Program-made: the position numbers and the translations under genes
Notes under the pieces: generated by a model
What the model was told of the DNA's origin: nothing
The model's input: only the letters and a program-made list of their open reading frames with translations
Database searches by the model: none
In this document: positions 39,848 through 49,577 of the stretch, piece after piece
Position numbering within the stretch: the stretch's first letter is position 1
Layout of the letters: the number at the start of each line of letters is the position of its first letter
Source: Candidatus Aenigmatarchaeota archaeon
GTDB lineage: Archaea > Aenigmatarchaeota > Aenigmatarchaeia > CG10238-14 > SpSt-28
DNA length: 64,000 bases
Direction: 5' to 3'
NCBI GenBank assembly: GCA_038733315.1
Contig: JAVYPJ010000002.1
Location: 1 to 64,000, forward strand

Positions 39848-40582
39848 ATGGTTGTTAATGGAGGAAAGAAAAAGTATGGTAGAGAGTTGTGGGATAAATA
39901 CTATAATGAATTATATTCTCTAAACAAAGCTTTAGAAGAATGTTTAAATTCATTTGTTAAGAATATTCTTGGTAAAGAAAACCATGTTAAAATCTCAAAG
40001 AAGTTTGACCTTTTTTCTTTTATACGATCTTTAAGAGTCGAGTCCAAAATAGAATGGCCAAGCGGAGAGGAAATAGTTAAACAATACTATGAATATAAAA
40101 AAGGGAATTGTAAAAAACTGGATTTTAGAGTTAGAACTTATTCCATAGACAGCAGGACTAAGGAAACGTATAATGTAACTTTATCTTATTTACCTGTTGT
40201 GATTTATGGAAGAGAAATATTTTTTCCAAGCTTTTATTCTCATACTTGTCATAGAACAGATTTCCATATAATTTCTTTTGGAGATAGGAGAATTATTTGC
40301 AAGCATGTTTACTCAGCTATGGATGAAGTTGCAAAAGAGGCTAAAAAATACAATATGCCCATAGACACAACTATACTACTTCCAAGCGATTTACCAAAAT
40401 ATTTTGAGGAAATACTTAGAATTATAGAAGATAAAAAAAGGTCAGTTTTAGATAGGCTAAAATATTCTTATTGTAAGCTTATCGGAGGTATCTATAATAG
40501 TTTTGACGATAAAAAAACAATAGATTTAGTTTGGAGTATTATAAGAATAAACAAAACTATAGAAAGACTGAGCATTAAATAA
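39848..40582 (+). CDS. Hypothetical protein with SWIM-like zinc finger
   Basis: HTC..TDF...ICKHV motif. Confidence 0.65.
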   Translation: MVVNGGKKKYGRELWDKYYNELYSLNKALEECLNSFVKNILGKENHVKISKKFDLFSFIRSLRVESKIEWPSGEEIVKQYYEYKKGNCKKLDFRVRTYSIDSRTKETYNVTLSYLPVVIYGREIFFPSFYSHTCHRTDFHIISFGDRRIICKHVYSAMDEVAKEAKKYNMPIDTTILLPSDLPKYFEEILRIIEDKKRSVLDRLKYSYCKLIGGIYNSFDDKKTIDLVWSIIRINKTIERLSIK

Positions 40583-40593
40583 TTTTTAATTAT

Positions 40594-40668
40594 GCCTCCG
40601 TAGCTCAGCATGGATAGAGCGCCTGCCTCCTAAGCAGGAGGTCGCGGGTTCAAATCCCGCCGGAGGCA
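40594..40668 (+). tRNA. tRNA-Arg(CCT)
   Basis: GCCTCCG/CGGAGGC acceptor, D-loop GGA (A20), CCTGC-CTCCTAA-GCAGG, GGTTCAAATCC. Confidence 0.93.
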
Positions 40669-40688
40669 GCTACTAAATTTTTTAATTA

Positions 40689-41462
40689 CTAGTTATACAT
40701 AGCGTTAATAATTTTTTCTATTTCATTTGATTCGAAAAAGTTTGCTTGAGATGTAACATAATTTGGATTAATTTCTAAAGTAAAAAGTTTAAACCAATTT
40801 TCTAGATAGTTTTTATCCACTTCGACTTTCCTGAAAATAACTTCTGCTACGTTATACGAGAATTCTGGTAATTGAGGATTCGAACAGAAAATCATAAATT
40901 CTTTTCCATAGGTTCTATATTTATCCGACTCCTCAAATATAACTATATAACAGTCTAAATCACTATTTTCGTAAGTTTCGATTAAATCAATGTCAGGAAA
41001 CAGGCCTCTACATAAGTCTTTCAAACACTCGATATCAATCCTTTCGTTTGGAGTAAATTTTATTGAAAATGTATAAGGTAAACCCTTTTTCATACATTCC
41101 TCTATACAGGGTCTCAAAAAAATTTTATTATACAGCTCTGAAACGTAATCTGGTTTTAATTCCAAAGTCGCTGTGTTTGTATCTATCATTATTTTTTCTA
41201 GCCCATCATAAAGATTTTTGAATTTAATACCTTTGCCCGATACTTCATAGGAAGCTTTAAAAAAGTAGTGCTCTGTATAATTTTCCGTTACTACAATCCC
41301 TTTTTTTAAATCTGTTAGTTTTGCATCCCGATTGAAAACGTTCATTAAAGTTTTTTCGTTAGGAGTATGAGAATCGATAATTAAAACTTGGAAAGGGCTA
41401 TTTAAGGTTTCTGAGAGTTGTTCCTCTTCATATAACTTTTTTCTTAATTCTCTTTCGTACAT
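40689..41462 (-). CDS. Hypothetical protein
   Basis: ORF track 257 aa, no recognised motif. Confidence 0.65.
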   Translation of the reverse strand: MYERELRKKLYEEEQLSETLNSPFQVLIIDSHTPNEKTLMNVFNRDAKLTDLKKGIVVTENYTEHYFFKASYEVSGKGIKFKNLYDGLEKIMIDTNTATLELKPDYVSELYNKIFLRPCIEECMKKGLPYTFSIKFTPNERIDIECLKDLCRGLFPDIDLIETYENSDLDCYIVIFEESDKYRTYGKEFMIFCSNPQLPEFSYNVAEVIFRKVEVDKNYLENWFKLFTLEINPNYVTSQANFFESNEIEKIINAMYN

Positions 41463-41591
41463 TATTAATTTACTACAAAAAGATTAAAATTTTGTTTTGG
41501 TCGATATTCAAATTCATTTTTTGCTTCGAAGTATCAACCAAATAATATAAAAAAATTAAAGAAATATAAAATTATCCAAATTTTTATTTTT

Positions 41592-44225
41592 ATGAGTTTC
41601 AGTAATAAAAATTCGAGCTTAAAAAAATTAATTTCTACATATGTAGCTACAGTTATTTTAGTTGTTTTAACAATAGGAATTGGAGTTACATTATATCTTT
41701 ATTTTTCTGGCTACGTTTCTTATTTAGAAACAAAAACCGAAGAAACCTCTCCAATAAAATCAATTATAGAATGTTCAAAGGCAAGAATAGATTTTTATTA
41801 TAGAGTTAAAGGCATTCAAAAAAACTATACAATGCCAATTTCTAATGAAAGTTTAAAGTTTGAGAATCAAACTCAAATTCAAACTTTATGGCTTTCTGGT
41901 TGGAATTATAGAACTCCAATAACAATAAATAATACTCAAAATTCAAATACTTTAACTGATTATCAAGTTTTAGTAACAATAAATACTAAAAAACTTATTG
42001 AGGGAGAAGGAATCTACGAATTACCAATTTATATTTCTTCTGTTGGTACAGAATTAACTGATTATCAAATAAAAATTAATATAACAAATACTTCTATATT
42101 AGAAAAAATATCAGATGATGGAAGAGATATAAGATTTTTTAATAGAAGTACAGATAATCCATATTCTGATACTAATGGATTATTACCTTATTGGATTGAA
42201 GAAATTATTCCAAATCAAAGATTAGTCGTTTGGGTGAAAGTACCAAATATTACTGCAAGTGGAGGAACTACTATTTATTTGTATTATGGAAATCCTAATG
42301 CTAATTCTATGAGTAATGGAGATTTAGTTTTTGAATTTTTTGATGATTTTGATAATCTAAATACGAGTATTTGGGCGACATCTGGTTCTGTTAGCATCAA
42401 TGAAGGAATAGTTATTTTAGATAGAACAACTACTGATGCCAGATTATATTCCTTAAATCGTCTATATTCCTCCAAACCTTTTATAACTGAGGTTAAATAT
42501 CAACATCCTAGCGTATATAGAAATAGATTATATTTAACAACATCACAAAACGGTGGTTCCCCAACTAGTTACGACTATGGAATCTTTAGCCCTTCAATAT
42601 ATTGGAATGGATATACTGGTATAACACTTGCTACCAATACTTGGTATATTGTTAGATGGGAGGATACCACGACAAATTATATTTGGAGAATTCTAGATAT
42701 GAATTATAATGAAATAATAAGTAGAAATCATGGAAGCCCTATATCTAATACAGGTTATATATCTTTCTCTGGAACTGAGGACAGTTCAAGTGATTTTAGA
42801 TTGGATTGGATAAGAGTTCGCAAATATACTTCCCCAGAACCAACAGTAAATATCGGTAGTGAAAGAATAATAACTCAAATATCATCAGGTGAAAGAATGA
42901 GAAATGATTGTGGAGATATTAGATTTACTGATAGTGATGGAAGAAATTTAAATTATTGGATTGAAAGTGGATGTAATTCTACTAATACAAAAATCTGGGT
43001 AAAAGTACCAAATATTACTGCTAATTCAAATAAAATAATTTATTTGTATTATGGAAATCCAAATGCTAGTTCAGAAAGTAATCCACACAATACATTAGTT
43101 TTTTATGATGATTTTGAAAGTGGACAAATCGATAGTAACAAATGGGATATAAAACAGAGTGTAGGTTCAGTAGATATACGTACTGATGTGAGATTTGGAA
43201 CATATAGCATAGGCAGCGATCAGGGTCCATGGCAAGGTCTTGGTGAATATATATATGACCAAAATCACTTTTTTCTAAAACTTCCAGATGGACCAAATGT
43301 AAAGTACAAAGTAATAAACTATGCCATACGTTGGAAAACGACTTATTATTGGGGACATTTTTGTGGTTTTGGTTTCGGAGGAACCGCAGAGGCCTATTTT
43401 ATACCTTACGATAATGTTTGGCGTTTGTATGAGAGTATAATAGAACGAATTAATTCATCAACAATAAATGTAACTGTATTTGAAAATGGAGTAAACAAGG
43501 GTACATGGAGCTTTACAATACCTCAAAGTACGATTATAACTTATGGTATACAGACTCGTCATAATGGGGCTGGTGATAACAGTATCTACGTTCGGGGGGA
43601 TAATTTTATTGTTCGTAAATACACTTCTCCAGAACCAACAATTTCCATAGGAAATGAAGAAATACCAACAAACATCACAACTTCTATCACTCTTATAATC
43701 AATTCTCCACTAAACACAACCTACTATTCATCTAGCATACCTTTAAACATCTCAGCGATATCATACAATTCATCAGCTTTAATAACGGTTTATCTCAACA
43801 ACCAAGAAATTTATCAAACTAACTTACAAAGCAATACTTGGCTAAACATTTCTCAAACATTAACAAACTTAAATATAGGAACTTATAGTCTAACTGTAAT
43901 TATTAATAACTCTTATGGACTTCAAGTTATCGGAAACGTAACATTTAAGATAGAAGAGCAACCTGAAGAACAAGGTATTTTATTATCCTTAGTAAACATA
44001 GGTTCAATAGATTTAGGAAACAAATATTTAATAAAATTTTTATATGATAATAATAAAATAGAAACAAGAAATATAACAGTTCAAAATCAATTAAAAATCG
44101 GAGATTTTTTAGAAATTCCTTTAAAAGATTTGCCTAAGGGAAAAATTAAAAAAATAGAGGTTTATTGCTTAGATGTATGTCCTGGATTATTAATTGGAAT
44201 AAAAAGTGTAAATATTGAAGTTTAA
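41592..44225 (+). CDS. Pilin-N-terminus protein with two DUF2341/lectin-like modules and Ig-like C-terminus
   Basis: KKL|ISTYVATVILVVLTIGIG; two copies each of LTDYQ, DIRF, YWIE, WVKVPNI..IYLYYGNPNA and VRKYTSPEPT. Confidence 0.88.
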   Translation: MSFSNKNSSLKKLISTYVATVILVVLTIGIGVTLYLYFSGYVSYLETKTEETSPIKSIIECSKARIDFYYRVKGIQKNYTMPISNESLKFENQTQIQTLWLSGWNYRTPITINNTQNSNTLTDYQVLVTINTKKLIEGEGIYELPIYISSVGTELTDYQIKINITNTSILEKISDDGRDIRFFNRSTDNPYSDTNGLLPYWIEEIIPNQRLVVWVKVPNITASGGTTIYLYYGNPNANSMSNGDLVFEFFDDFDNLNTSIWATSGSVSINEGIVILDRTTTDARLYSLNRLYSSKPFITEVKYQHPSVYRNRLYLTTSQNGGSPTSYDYGIFSPSIYWNGYTGITLATNTWYIVRWEDTTTNYIWRILDMNYNEIISRNHGSPISNTGYISFSGTEDSSSDFRLDWIRVRKYTSPEPTVNIGSERIITQISSGERMRNDCGDIRFTDSDGRNLNYWIESGCNSTNTKIWVKVPNITANSNKIIYLYYGNPNASSESNPHNTLVFYDDFESGQIDSNKWDIKQSVGSVDIRTDVRFGTYSIGSDQGPWQGLGEYIYDQNHFFLKLPDGPNVKYKVINYAIRWKTTYYWGHFCGFGFGGTAEAYFIPYDNVWRLYESIIERINSSTINVTVFENGVNKGTWSFTIPQSTIITYGIQTRHNGAGDNSIYVRGDNFIVRKYTSPEPTISIGNEEIPTNITTSITLIINSPLNTTYYSSSIPLNISAISYNSSALITVYLNNQEIYQTNLQSNTWLNISQTLTNLNIGTYSLTVIINNSYGLQVIGNVTFKIEEQPEEQGILLSLVNIGSIDLGNKYLIKFLYDNNKIETRNITVQNQLKIGDFLEIPLKDLPKGKIKKIEVYCLDVCPGLLIGIKSVNIEV

Positions 44226-44238
44226 AATTTTTAAAAAA

Positions 44239-45432
44239 TCAAGGATTAAACCATTCTATTTCATAATATCTAGTATTTGAATTACCTAACTCTATTTTAT
44301 TTGCAACATAATAAGTTACGCTACTCTCTCTATCTACAATAGCTATTAATAATCTCAAACCCAAACTATCCGCTAAATCTAAAGCGCTAGCTAAGAATTT
44401 TCCACTAATTTTTTCATCTTCTTGTAAACAGATTAAAATATATGAAGGATTAGAATTGTACGGATTTTCAACTTCATTTTTTTCATTTCTATGATAAACA
44501 ACAAAATCTATTGGAGTATTTTCTTTCATATAATCTTCACTTTTCATTCCCGGTATTGCCATTATAAAAGTTTTTTTAACACCATGCGCAACTCTTATAG
44601 CTCTTGCTAATTCACTTGTCAATATTTCCATATTTTTAGGAAAAACATGAATAACATGCTTAGAATGTATCCATTCTTTACCTTGTCTTAGTGGCGAAGC
44701 TCCTGGAAAATAAATTCTAAAATGTGTACCAAATTTAAAACCGGTTTTAACTATATATCCACTATCTCTCCACTCTTTATAAACTAAAAACAAATCTTCA
44801 AAGCTATCATTGTATTTTTTTTCATTTTCCAAAATTTCATTAAAACTAATTTTTTTATTACTTTTAATTTCAAAAACATCAAAACCCTTATAACAAAGAT
44901 AAGCAACTTCAAAACAATCAAGCAAATGAGTTTTACCCTTTTCAATATTCTTATAAACTCCATACTGACCAAACCAATATTTTTCAAAAAGTAAAATAGA
45001 ATTGCTATCGAAGAAAAAACCTATATGATTTTCTAAATCATAAAATATTTTAAGCTTTTCATTCTCAGAAAAAACAAGTGGTTGGGAGGGATATTTTTTT
45101 ATAGGACTTTTCCCAAAATTTTTTATATTTATTCTATCTAAATAAGTAATAAAAAGTCCTCTAATCTTCCAATCCCTATAAGCCAAATACCTTTCTATAA
45201 ATCTTGCTTCAGAAAACCTTCGCAAAAAATCACTAGCGCTAACTATTCTATTAGCTTCATAAACTTTTGCATTCCTAATTTCTAATAAAAAAAGAGCCTC
45301 CTCTTTTTCCAACTTTACATAATTTTTTTCAAACTTCCCAATAAAACTTTTTCTTAATTCTTCCTTAGAAAAATCGTCGTAGCAATAAAAATTTCCATCT
45401 TTTTCTACATAAATCTCTATGCTCCTATTCAT
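44239..45432 (-). CDS. endA: tRNA-intron splicing endonuclease, three-unit (epsilon2/ARMAN-type) architecture
   Basis: Central catalytic unit KTGFKFGTHFRIY..HSK..RVAHGVKK (Tyr/His/Lys triad), flanked by degenerate units; ends YYEIEWFNP; 397 aa. Confidence 0.9.
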   Translation of the reverse strand: MNRSIEIYVEKDGNFYCYDDFSKEELRKSFIGKFEKNYVKLEKEEALFLLEIRNAKVYEANRIVSASDFLRRFSEARFIERYLAYRDWKIRGLFITYLDRINIKNFGKSPIKKYPSQPLVFSENEKLKIFYDLENHIGFFFDSNSILLFEKYWFGQYGVYKNIEKGKTHLLDCFEVAYLCYKGFDVFEIKSNKKISFNEILENEKKYNDSFEDLFLVYKEWRDSGYIVKTGFKFGTHFRIYFPGASPLRQGKEWIHSKHVIHVFPKNMEILTSELARAIRVAHGVKKTFIMAIPGMKSEDYMKENTPIDFVVYHRNEKNEVENPYNSNPSYILICLQEDEKISGKFLASALDLADSLGLRLLIAIVDRESSVTYYVANKIELGNSNTRYYEIEWFNP

Positions 45433-45451
45433 AAAATTAAAATAAATAAAC

Positions 45452-46102
45452 TTATTCCAAAACTATTCTTAGCTTACCGTTTTCAAACTTTTTTTCAACT
45501 ATAGATTTTTCTTTGGGTTTAGAAATTATTTTGAAATACGCCTTATCTTTTGCATATGCTCTAATTTCTATACTTTCCTCTAACTCAGATATTTCTATAT
45601 CCTTAGAGCTTTCAACATCCGGCAAGCTAACTTCTATTTCTATCCTTTCCAAATTTCTTACTATTTTAACCTCTGGCTCTTCAGTAATTTTAACTTTTCT
45701 AACCTCTTTTACTTCATCTTTTTCTTCCTCAACCTCTTCAATACCTATTTTTCTTTTTATATCTTCTTTAATTTTTGGTTCCAAATCTTTATAATCTCCA
45801 AAAGTTTTTATATACACTTTTGGTTTTTTTCCGCTTTCACTTTTTATAACTACACTTATTCCACCACCCTTTACATACTTCTCATCTTTATCAAAATCGG
45901 ACATCTCTTTAAAAACTTTTTTAATCATTCTATCAAAATCATCAAAAAACTCTCTTATATCAAACCTTTCAAATCCAAAACCTTCATCTAAACCTCTAAA
46001 AAACATTTTAATACTTAAATTACATCCACAATAAGGGCAATAAGTCCAACTAGCATCTACTTCATTTCCACAGCATGGGCAATTTATATATCTTCTCCTC
46101 AT
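45452..46102 (-). CDS. Zinc-ribbon plus Hsp20/alpha-crystallin domain protein
   Basis: Likely start 46102 (MRRRYINCPCCG..CPYCG); EEP..IEVSLPDV..FENGKLRI Hsp20 motifs. Confidence 0.82.
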   Translation of the reverse strand: MRRRYINCPCCGNEVDASWTYCPYCGCNLSIKMFFRGLDEGFGFERFDIREFFDDFDRMIKKVFKEMSDFDKDEKYVKGGGISVVIKSESGKKPKVYIKTFGDYKDLEPKIKEDIKRKIGIEEVEEEKDEVKEVRKVKITEEPEVKIVRNLERIEIEVSLPDVESSKDIEISELEESIEIRAYAKDKAYFKIISKPKEKSIVEKKFENGKLRIVLE

Positions 46103-46146
46103 AAAATAAAATTTCTTTTTAATATATAACTTAAAAATATAATATA

Positions 46147-46293
46147 ATGGATTTTTATCTTTTTCTGTTAGGATTATTAGACACATTAGCAGCACTAATA
46201 ATAATCTTTAATCTTAGTGAAAACATATTTTTTCTAATAATCTCTTTTTTGCTTTTAATAAAGGGATTATGGAGCTTAGTGTTATCTTTTTAA
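46147..46293 (+). CDS. Small two-TM membrane protein (48 aa)
   Basis: Not in the ORF track: MDFYLFLLGLLDTLAALIIIFNLSENIFFLIISFLLLIKGLWSLVLSF; fills the gap between two genes. Confidence 0.6.
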   Translation: MDFYLFLLGLLDTLAALIIIFNLSENIFFLIISFLLLIKGLWSLVLSF

Positions 46294-46910
46294 ATTAAAT
46301 ACTTCAATATTAAATAAATTATTACCACTAAAACGAAAACTATTGCTATAATTTCTATTTCTCTTGAATATTCTAAGGATTTTTCCCAGTATTCGCCTAA
46401 GAAAAATCCAAGAGAAACTAAAAAAGAATTCCAAATCAAAAAACCTAAGAAAGTTAATAAAAAGTACAATTTCATTTTTGTTTTAAAAATTCCAGCTGGA
46501 ATTGATATTAAACTCCTAAAGCCAGGAACAAATCTAAATATAAAAATAGTTAAGAAGCTATTATTGTTAAACCATTTTTCAGCTATTTTTAACCTTTTTT
46601 CTGATATAAAAAAATATTTACCATATTTTTTTACTAAACCTCTTCCTAAATAACCTAAATAATAAAGTGGTAACGATCCTAAGGTATTTCCAAGAGCTCC
46701 AACTATTATTGAAATAATCAAAAGAAAATAGCTATTGTTTATATATGCAAGATATCCAGCAAAAGGCAAAACAATTTCACTAGGTAAAGGTGCAAATAAC
46801 GTTTCTAAAAACGATAAGACAAAAATACCAAAAATATGATAGGTTTTTACAAAATCTAAAATATAATTAAAAAACAATTCATAAAAATTTATTCCAAACA
46901 TCATTTCCAA
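46290..46910 (-). CDS. DedA family membrane protein
   Basis: PLPSEIVLPFAG, RFVPGFRSLISIPAG. Confidence 0.93.
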   Translation of the reverse strand: MEMMFGINFYELFFNYILDFVKTYHIFGIFVLSFLETLFAPLPSEIVLPFAGYLAYINNSYFLLIISIIVGALGNTLGSLPLYYLGYLGRGLVKKYGKYFFISEKRLKIAEKWFNNNSFLTIFIFRFVPGFRSLISIPAGIFKTKMKLYFLLTFLGFLIWNSFLVSLGFFLGEYWEKSLEYSREIEIIAIVFVLVVIIYLILKYLI

Positions 46911-47416
46911 ATCTCGTAGTTTTCATTTTTCCTTTCTTTTATAACTCTTGCAATAACAAAAAGCATGTCTGAAAGTCTATTTAAATATTTTAGTATGTTA
47001 TCATCAATTTCTTTTTCTTCTTTTAGTTTCCATAAACTTCTTTCAGCTCTTCTACAAACAGCCCTAGCATATTGCAAAAAAGTAAATTCTAAACATCCAG
47101 ATGGATATACAAAATGATTTATTGGCTTTAGAGTACTTTCAAAAAAATTAATTTTTTCTTCAAGTTTTTTGACATCCTCATCGCTGATTTTGTATTTTTC
47201 AAATCCAGCTATTATTGAAGAAATCTCAAATATTTTTGTTTGAACATTTTTAAGAATTTCATTAATATCAACATCTTTTATTAAGCTTCTGCATATACCA
47301 ATTACACAATTTAACTCATCTAAATCTCCTAAGGCATCTATAAGACATTCGCTTTTTTTAATTTTTTTGCTATTAATATAACATTCTCCTTTATCTCCAC
47401 TTCCAAATTTTTTCAT
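46901..47416 (-). CDS. PduO-type cob(I)alamin adenosyltransferase
   Basis: GDKG, GDLDELN, ARAVCRRAER, YLNRLSD.LF. Confidence 0.92.
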   Translation of the reverse strand: MKKFGSGDKGECYINSKKIKKSECLIDALGDLDELNCVIGICRSLIKDVDINEILKNVQTKIFEISSIIAGFEKYKISDEDVKKLEEKINFFESTLKPINHFVYPSGCLEFTFLQYARAVCRRAERSLWKLKEEKEIDDNILKYLNRLSDMLFVIARVIKERKNENYEIWK

Positions 47417-47421
47417 AAAAA

Positions 47422-48252
47422 TTATATAGCCAAAGCTTTTTTTTCAAAATTTTTTAGTGCGTTTTCTTCCCAAATCGTTAACCTACCTATTTTTGCTCCT
47501 GGAGCAAGTATTTCGCTATTTAGCTCTGATAAGGCCGCTACCTCTATGTTTAAATTTTTTAAAAGTTTTCTTAATCTTTTCGCTTTTTCAACATTTTCAA
47601 CAATTAATAAAATTCCTCTTTTTTTCTTATATTTTCTTCCTCTTACTTTCCCCTTTCCAGCCCTTATTTTCCTTTCTTTGATTCTTTCTAATTCTTCTTC
47701 TAATCCAACTTTTATTAAAAAACTTTTGAAGTCCTTTGCTTTTTTTATTTTTTCTATTTCTTCACTTGCCAAAACAATTGGAAAATTCTTTATTTCATCT
47801 ATTTTATGTCCTCTATTAATTACAAAGTCTTTTATTAAAGTTGCAATTGCTGCAGAGATTATTGCTATATTTTTTTCTTTCTTATTTATTTTTTGTTTCC
47901 AAATTTTTTCAGCTTTTGGTGTATGGGCTCTTTTACCCTTTCTAACATTTGCAGAAACCCTTGCTACAAACATCATGTGCAATGGTGCTTTTCCATGAAT
48001 TCTTTGATGCCTTGCCATACCTCTGTTCATTTGAGTAGCATAAGCTCTAAAAGGTCTTCTTCTTCCATGATAATGCGCGCTTGTCCTTAAACCAGCAAAA
48101 ACATCTGTACCATATGCTTGCCTTCTATTAGCTTGAATTCTTAAAACATCTCTAAGAATTAAATCATCTCGAATAGTGAAGCTCATAAGGCTATCATTAA
48201 TCTTTAGTTCCCTAACCTTTTCAGCATTAATATTTATTACGTCCAATTTCAT
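47422..48252 (-). CDS. rpl4: 50S ribosomal protein L4
   Basis: RQAYG, RAHTPK, KINKKE, RAGKGKVRGRKY, LAPG..GRLTIW. Confidence 0.95.
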   Translation of the reverse strand: MKLDVININAEKVRELKINDSLMSFTIRDDLILRDVLRIQANRRQAYGTDVFAGLRTSAHYHGRRRPFRAYATQMNRGMARHQRIHGKAPLHMMFVARVSANVRKGKRAHTPKAEKIWKQKINKKEKNIAIISAAIATLIKDFVINRGHKIDEIKNFPIVLASEEIEKIKKAKDFKSFLIKVGLEEELERIKERKIRAGKGKVRGRKYKKKRGILLIVENVEKAKRLRKLLKNLNIEVAALSELNSEILAPGAKIGRLTIWEENALKNFEKKALAI

Positions 48253-48290
48253 TATATTAATTTAAAATCAAACATTTATATTTTTTAATA

Positions 48291-49046
48291 ATGAAGAATT
48301 ACGGCGAAAAACTTATTGTTTTAAGAGAGGTTGAAAAACCAAAAATTAGCGTTGTAATACCTACGTATAATGAAGAAAAGTATTTGGAAGATACTTTAAT
48401 TTCTATAAAATCCCAAAATTTTAAGCATCCTTACGAAATTATCGTTAGCGATTCGAACAGCAAAGACAAAACTATCGAAATTGCAAAAAAATATGCGGAT
48501 AAAATTGTAATAACTAAGAAAAGAGGTATTGCAATAGGAAGAAACTTAGGAGCAAAATATGCTAATGGAGAAATAATTCTTTTCGTAGATGCGGATACAA
48601 TATTATTACCAAATACATTAAACGAAATTTACAAGGAAATAAGAAAAAACAACGTTTCCTTAGTTACAAGCCCATATTTATCAAGAGAATACTCAGCTCA
48701 ATATAATTTTTATCTAGTTTTTTCATACTTTTATATAAAATCTCTTTATTTATTTAGGAAAACATCTCAATTACCAGGATTTTTTATAGCTTGTAAAAAG
48801 AAGGATTTTTTAAAAATAGGTGGATTTAACGAGAAACTTAAAGTGTTGGAGGATTTTGACTTTTCAGAAAGAATGTCTAAGCTAGGTAAAATAAGTTTTG
48901 TAGAATCTACATTTGTTTTAACATCTTCTAGAAGGATTAGAAAATGGGGATTAAAGGCCATACCAAAATATTTAACTACATATCTTTATTACATTATTTT
49001 TAGAAATGACAAACTTGGAAAAAAGTTCTGGAAACCAATTAGATAA
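48291..49046 (+). CDS. Glycosyltransferase family 2
   Basis: SVVIPTYNEE, FVDAD, GGFNE..ED, TSSRR. Confidence 0.93.
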   Translation: MKNYGEKLIVLREVEKPKISVVIPTYNEEKYLEDTLISIKSQNFKHPYEIIVSDSNSKDKTIEIAKKYADKIVITKKRGIAIGRNLGAKYANGEIILFVDADTILLPNTLNEIYKEIRKNNVSLVTSPYLSREYSAQYNFYLVFSYFYIKSLYLFRKTSQLPGFFIACKKKDFLKIGGFNEKLKVLEDFDFSERMSKLGKISFVESTFVLTSSRRIRKWGLKAIPKYLTTYLYYIIFRNDKLGKKFWKPIR

Positions 49047-49047
49047 T

Positions 49048-49542
49048 TTATCTTTTATACCCTATTTTCCTTAGAAATTCATACCTTTCTTTTTTATCTT
49101 CTTCTTTTTCTATTCCTAATGGACTATTTCCATCTATTACTCCTATAATTCCTCTTCCTTGCTCGGTTTCAGCAACTATTACTTGTAAAGGATTTGCTGT
49201 AGCAGCAAAAATTCTTATAACTTCCGGAACTTCTTTAATATATTTCAAAACATTTATAGGGTAAGCATTCTTAATATAAATTATAAACGTATGTCCAGCT
49301 CCAATTACTTTCGCATGCTCAACAGCTAAGCTTATTAATTCTTCATCATTTCCTTCAAATCTTATTAACCTTTTTCCACTTGCTTCACAAAAAGCAACTC
49401 CAAATTTTATATTCGGCAAAGAATTAACTAGGGCTTCATACAAATCTTCAACAGTTTTAATAAAATGAGCTTGCCCAATAATTACATTACAATCTTTCGG
49501 TATTTCTACTTGTATTATCTCAAATTTTTTAATATTCTTCAT
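49048..49542 (-). CDS. Adenosine-specific kinase family (DUF355)
   Basis: [39 protein letters not shown]. Confidence 0.9.
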   Translation of the reverse strand: MKNIKKFEIIQVEIPKDCNVIIGQAHFIKTVEDLYEALVNSLPNIKFGVAFCEASGKRLIRFEGNDEELISLAVEHAKVIGAGHTFIIYIKNAYPINVLKYIKEVPEVIRIFAATANPLQVIVAETEQGRGIIGVIDGNSPLGIEKEEDKKERYEFLRKIGYKR

Positions 49543-49577
49543 AATTATCTTATAAAAAATTTTTCATAAATAAATTT

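Noticed and set aside
41592..44225. Diversity-generating retroelement target
   Set aside because: No reverse transcriptase in the window, and the repeats do not show adenine-specific TR/VR mismatches.
46103..46195. N-terminal extension of the Hsp20 ORF given in the track
   Set aside because: A better ATG lies at 46102, and the extension overlaps a plausible small opposite-strand membrane gene.
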